From Paragordius varius (Eukaryota > Animalia > Nematomorpha): DNA of 64,000 nucleotides. A program made the position numbers and the translations under genes. The notes under the pieces are model-generated. The model did not search any database. It had not been told where the DNA came from and saw nothing but the letters and a program-made list of their open reading frames with translations. Positions 57,966 through 64,000 of this stretch are shown here, one piece after another. Each line of letters begins with the position of its first letter. Within the stretch, counting starts at the first letter, position 1. The stretch is from contig OZ176052.1 in the NCBI GenBank assembly GCA_964247055.1, positions 10,106,001 through 10,170,000 of the forward strand. Direction: 5' to 3'.

Positions 57966-59957
57966 GTCATGAAGTGTTAATCATGCGCTCAAAAGGGAAA
58001 GAATGACTTTTAATCATCTGTCTTCATATTTAAACTTTTTATAAAAATCGAATTTAAACTTTTTTATTGAATTCGGCTCAATATCTTCTTAAGCTGAAAA
58101 TCGCTCAGGGGTATAAACCTCACAGAGTGTACTGAAATTTTTAAATAATTTAATACACATGTTATTGGACCATACTCAAATTTCAGTTTTGGGGTTATTT
58201 TGCACGTCAGGTCATTTTAAAGTCGAGTTTTTTTAAAAATTTAAGTAGACCAAATTGAAAATGATTCTTAAGCCTTTTAGGCCTATGTTTAAACTTTTTT
58301 AAAATCATAATATTACCATCCCAATTTTTATTCGCCACCCTTTTTTTAGATATTTTTCAAATCACCTACATATGATGCAATTAAATATATGTCATGGTAG
58401 AAAATGTAAATAAACTTAAGCGTTTATGCTATTTTTCCCATAATACTTGATATTTCTTTATTTTAAAATCAACTTTTCAAATGAGTTCAGGCTATCTCAA
58501 TAATGGAATGAAGTTAGAAATGAATGAAATATATGGTTTTTTATCTATTACAGCGAATAATATTTGATATTAAACTTTTAACCAAAACAAAACAGTTTAT
58601 ACAAGTTTAAGATGTAAATAAAACTACCCAAAAATGTAATCGTCAACCAAAAGTTGAAGAGAGAGATTGAAGTCTTAAATAAGCATTAATTCTTTGACCT
58701 ATTACAGTGTATATCGAGGCTATAATAAATGTCCTGATATATTCTGTTGGATACTCCTATAGTTTTAGGCCTTACGAATGATTCACCTACTTTTTGTGGT
58801 TGTGCCATGTCGGATAACTGCAGAATTTGCACAATTATACTAAATAAAAAAATTTGTTTTAAGCTCAATACGCTTCAACCCAAAAATATTACACAAACTG
58901 CAGACAAAAAATTATCTTAACGTTTTCTGATAGAAAAGTTCATCAGGATCATTCGTAAGTGCTTTTGCTTTGGGCCTTACTAGTGATTAAAGAAAGTTAT
59001 ACCACTTTTTCTACTTGCCTTATATATAAAATCGGAAAATTTACGCACATTATGGTCAATATTTCTTAGTGATAGCTAAATACTTCATTCCAAAAATTTA
59101 AATACATCAACACGTGTATTAAAAAGTAAAACAAAATTTTAATAATTTGATTTCCAGATGTAGGTCCCAATTATTTTTTGCAAACTCTAATTAGTTTAAA
59201 CGTAAAATGCTGATATTAAGCGGTAATAATTTTTGATATATGTGTTTTTTATGACATCAAAAAACAATAATATATTTATAATACAAAAATTAAATAATTT
59301 AGTTTTTAGCCAAATTTTGTTGAAACGCATTAAATGGTGTTTTAAAGTACATGGGAACGGTAAAAAATGGTTTTGATATTATAAAAACTCATTTTATATA
59401 TATTTCTGACCATTTCTATCGCTGAACGCGATCGAAGAATTATACTTCCATAGATATAAAATTATTTGCATCCTTACGATAACTTTTAAATTAAATTATT
59501 TCTTTTTTAAGTTATTTGATATTCAAAAATTTATTATTATAATCTAGGTATGACATAAACCATTTATAATTAGTTTTAGAATCAGAGCGTAATATTGATT
59601 TAATCTCATAACTTCACAATATTCCATCCTTATTTATATAATGTTATATTATTATGGAGTACACAATCTAAGTGTGAAAAAAATTTGCGCAGGTAAAATT
59701 ATTATTAAAAAATAATCTCTAATTGGCAATTAGTGCACAAATACTTATGACAAATATTTTAATATAACAATAATTGTGTAATAATAACCAGACTTAAAAT
59801 GTAGTTTAGGGAGGACTAATTAAATAAATTAGCGCATTTTATAAGGAAATTTTTTTATTGTGAAAACCATTCCATTAGATATTAAAATCTCTTCCAATAA
59901 TATTTAGTGTTAATTATGTTGTACCCATTTGCATCTACATTGTTCATTTTTATAATC

Positions 59958-61144
59958 ATGCCTAAAATGTTCATTTGTAAAGCGCCTCGTAATAATTTTT
60001 TTCCTTAAATAAATTAAGAATATAATAGGTCTAACATGTATAAAATCATAACATTTTTCAATACTTTATTAATTTGAATGAATTGTTTAATATTTGCCGG
60101 TACAGCTTTCGTTCTTTACTATTTAACCATTTTATATCTGTATCTCAAGTATCGGTATAAAATTGTTTGATTATATAAGTCGGCCCTTTGAATAAAAAAA
60201 TGATCAATTCCACCAAAAAGGAGATTCAAGAGAGTGTTGGTAACAATTTAAAACCTAATAAGTTACCTTCTGGCAATATAACATCAGAAATGTTATCCAA
60301 TTTTGAGCCTAACTTAACCAGTGATTTAGTAAACGCGCGAGATGGGAATGGTATGTTAAATTTAAACCCATACATTGCCTCTACCCTATTTTGGACTATG
60401 TTGACGACTAACAAAATTTGGAAAAATTTTAACGATTCTTCAAACATTGAAGCTAAAATAGTTGATTCAACATATGAACCTATCGAAAAAAATGAAACTG
60501 CAAATTTATCCACCAAAATGAATGGGACCAATCCCTCTAACAACGTAATCTCTGATGTCGAACCGGTAAATGATAAGCGTTTAAGAACTGCTTACAGTAG
60601 TGGGCAATTGATTGAATTAGAGAAGGAATTTGATAAGGCCATGTACCTATCTAGGCTAAGAAGAATAGAAATAGCCAAGCGACTTCATTTAACCGAAAAG
60701 CAGGTCATTTAATTTTTTTAAAAAAAAAATAATAAAATGGTATTTAACGTTGTACCGATTAAATACTAATAACCATTCTGAATGCCTATGAATGCAGTCA
60801 TTCATGGTCAGAATTCATCATTACGACATGTGAGAAATTAAATGTTGATAGTCCGTTTATATCCTTTTAAAGGGTTTACAATTTAAAGTTAAACAATTGC
60901 GAATTTGATCAATTTTAAAATTTCACATTTTATTACATGAAATTTTAATCTTGTAGCATTTCATATTAATATTAACCGCATTGTGGTTCAAAGTTTTTTA
61001 CTGGCTACTGAATGCATTCCTACCGGTTCAGACCCAACTCTATTGAAAATATCCAAACTTTTATATATTGAAATATTTTTCTATTAGGTAAAGATATGGT
61101 TTCAGAATAGAAGAGTCAAATTCAAGAAATGTGAAAGATATTAG
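59958..61144 (+). CDS. Gsx: Gsx/ind-class (ParaHox) homeobox transcription factor
   Basis: Exons 60180-60703 and 61088-61144 split the homeodomain at KQ|VK: [69 protein letters not shown] and RRVKxKK are Gsx signatures. First exon 59958-59988 is tentative; the alternative start is ATG 60200. Confidence 0.88.
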
Positions 61145-61329
61145 TTAAAAAATTTGAGAAATTTAATTTATTTGGTGTTCAATAACAATTAATATGTCAT
61201 AAATAAAATGATAAATTAGTGCAATTATGATCATTTATATTATGGTTTATAAATAAATTAAAATTAAATATTAAAATTCCATCATATCATAGATGATTTT
61301 TTTGCAATACAAGTAGGTGTTAATACAAT

Positions 61330-63894
61330 TTATGCGGCACAAATGCAATCAGAAATATGTAAAGGGATTTGATAAAATGCATGTGGTGGCTTAAAAACCA
61401 ACACTTTATGGTTATCGCAATATGAGGGTTGGACATGCCCAGACTTTCGATCGCGAAAGTTATAACATGATCTGCGTTCTTCGTTAGGTCTTTATGGGTA
61501 AAAAGAATATTATATTTATATAAAATGGTAATATTCTAATGGAATTTTTATGGGATACAAACTTGATAATATATGGAGCTTAATTATTTTATCAAATATT
61601 TATATATTAGTCAGTAAAAATAGTTATGGTATATTTCAAATACAAATCATTATTTTATGTACTTCGATCAAATTGGGATCGTTGCTCCTCCACTTGTTAA
61701 AAAGGTTAAAAAAATCATAAATAATATAAAAAATTAGATACAATTGATTTTTGTAAATGTCATAATTCACATACATAGTGAACTTAAATGATGGTTAATT
61801 CAACTATATTTCTATAAAAATATATTTATTATTTAATTTATAAAACTCAATGATAATTAATTTAAAAAATGGCGAGAAAAGGATTATGATTTTGATATTT
61901 CAAAGTTTTTTGGCAATTATTTTTTTCGTAGTCAATTACATCCTATTCGTAAAACAGAAAGGTAAACCCATGTTAAATATAAGCGAGGTCAAATAGTAAA
62001 ATCGAACTAAAAGCTAGCCTATACTTTGAGGCATAACATTTTTTTCTAAACCAATATATTTCATATATAATCTATAAATAATAACATCTTCAATGTTAAT
62101 TTGAATTAAGTTATCTTATCAATAAATTATATTAATTAGTATCTAAATAAAATATTCACCAACAATATATAAAACATTGGATACATATAAATTCAGTATT
62201 CCAAATCGATCTTAGAACACAAATATGGCGTTATGAATAAGTAAACTATATTGTTGTTTTCATATTTTGTCAAGAACGTATGGTGGAATACAAAAATTTA
62301 ACTTTCATAACCGCCGTATTTGTTGACACAAACATTATATATTATTTTAAAGCTAATATTTTTAATAGATATGAATCTTTTGAGGCATCATTAGATACAA
62401 AGTCTCGAATAAATAAATTATAAGCATTTTGGCACCGAGTTTTCCTAGAACGGTATTTAAAGTATAAGTAAAAAAATTCAATTTTATTGAACATCATATT
62501 GTCAACCCAAGAAAAATCTAGGTGGGAGCAAAAAATTTGCGTAATTCAATTATATGATATAACTTGAAACAAATGTAATATGGATATCAGCTGCAATTTA
62601 TCAATATTTGTCCCCGATATGCATATTTCACGCAGATATAAGGATTTCATTAATTATGATTTTTATAATATTATAATTCGCATTTTTATTTTTATAAGAG
62701 GGGAGGTGGAATAAGCATTTATTTTTCAATTCGATGGGGCGTGAACAAAAATAGGTTGGGAACCACTGGTTTAGAATGCTAAAAGATATTTATCCATATA
62801 TAAAAGAATCCGTTCTTGACCGATTTGTGGAAAAGGGCGAATAACATAATTATATGTACCTCTTTGTCCTGAAATCAGAAAAATTATTTTAAATTAATAA
62901 AAAAATATCTCTCTTTTTGGCGCAAAAACTCTTTGTCTTTTAATCAATAACAATATAGATTATAATCAGTTAAAAATATAAATTTACTGGCATTTAGTCC
63001 ATTGTAAATTTTGTTCCAACGTACCAGGTACATGAACAACGTACAAAAGCCCTAATTGGGGATGTTCGAAACATTTGAAATTGTTAACATCAACGTGAAG
63101 GTTGCTATCTACATATCTTAAATCCAATAAAATAATCATAAATTACACAATAATTGTAACAAAAAGAATTTAAACATTGATTTTCACAAATATTGATATA
63201 AATAAACTGACCTGTTACAAGGAGATACATTTTGAAAGGCACGGGCATATTGTGGATGTCTGAGCCAATTCAACCATGTGCTTGATAATAAGCATATAAA
63301 TTTAATCATATTCAGAAATTTTAATCCATTCAAAATGACATTATATATACGTAGATAAATCGTTTTAAATTAGATCCAGAAAAAGAAACAGCTTCAAGGT
63401 AATATTGAATTGATTATAAACATACAGTAATAAATTTAAACTAACGCCTATAAATCAATTTGCTCATGCTGATTATCATTAATTATTGTTTAAAGTTGAA
63501 TGTGAATTCGGAAGCCACATAATAAGCCAAAAATAATAAAAATTTGAATTTGATGGACGTTTTAAATATAATTCTAGGATAATATTGAATTTAGTAATTT
63601 TTAAGAGTGAAATATTAAAATTTACTCAAAAAATTTAAATTTTTCATACAAAAAATTTCATAATGCGAATACAACTATTTATTTTCAAAATTAAGGTTTT
63701 GGGTGAGTAGGTCCACTGTACAAAAAAAAATATTTTAAAAAATACTTCATATATTCAGAATATCGGTAACATTCAGTTGGTGGCTGCCTGTCAATAGTAC
63801 ATGGGTTCAGAATACCATATCCAATAGCTTCTGATTGGTGATTAAGAAATAGAGCGAAAACGATTGAGATATAAAGCATTGTTATGGGATTCAT
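61330..63894 (-). CDS. Small secreted Spaetzle/neurotrophin-like cystine-knot protein (164 aa)
   Basis: Exons 63894-63746, 63280-63212, 63104-62988, 61489-61330; all three introns are phase 2 and join in frame. Signal peptide, then ..SPCNS..LLYVVHVPGTLEQNLQWTKC..RSC..SYC..DCICAA*. Cysteine spacing and the YVV..Q.L...KC segment resemble the Spaetzle domain. Confidence 0.75.
62754..62768 (-). mobile_element. Isolated hAT-Charlie-type terminal repeat
   Basis: Reverse complement reads CAGTGGTTCCCAACC; the partner end was not found. Confidence 0.4.
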
Positions 63895-64000
63895 AATGTG
63901 TAAGCTATACTAAAGCGTGCAAAGTAATAAATTAAAAATTGTAAAAAAACGATTTTAAAATCCAAATGATTTAAAAGGTTAAATATGTTTTAATTATAAT

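Noticed and set aside
58686-58868. 60-aa minus-strand ORF with a hydrophobic N-terminus
   Set aside because: TTG start, no recognisable domain, and no splice partner that I could support.
60226-60543. Antisense ORFs over coding exons (also 7576-7866, 17758-17940, 35949-36263, 44793-45038, 54147-54341)
   Set aside because: Shadows of real exons on the opposite strand or frame, with no independent motifs.

Overview
Strongly AT-rich, intron-containing animal nuclear DNA, probably from a bilaterian invertebrate (inferred from a Gsx homeobox, a Spaetzle-like gene and FSTL4/5). Hand-splicing on both strands gives eight protein-coding genes. In order: a divergently arranged pair of AIFM3-like Rieske/flavoprotein genes (the left one cut by the window edge), kinesin light chain (-), TBCE (+), an FSTL4/5-like gene (+), an intronless HIRA (-), Gsx/ind (+), and a small secreted Spaetzle/neurotrophin-like cystine-knot gene (-). 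Most supplied ORFs are exon fragments or chance ORFs. Introns and intergenic DNA hold several MITE families, a decayed RTE-like LINE, a ~160/320-bp satellite and an 80-bp near-perfect palindrome. The main unexpected signal is seven 21-27-nt GT-AG introns, each required to restore a conserved reading frame. None of the other 45 modelled introns is shorter than 81 nt. Also notable: the left AIFM3 paralog has lost both Rieske histidine ligands, and Gsx is not followed by a ParaHox gene. No tRNA, rRNA or CRISPR array was seen. All gene models are manual and lack transcript support.
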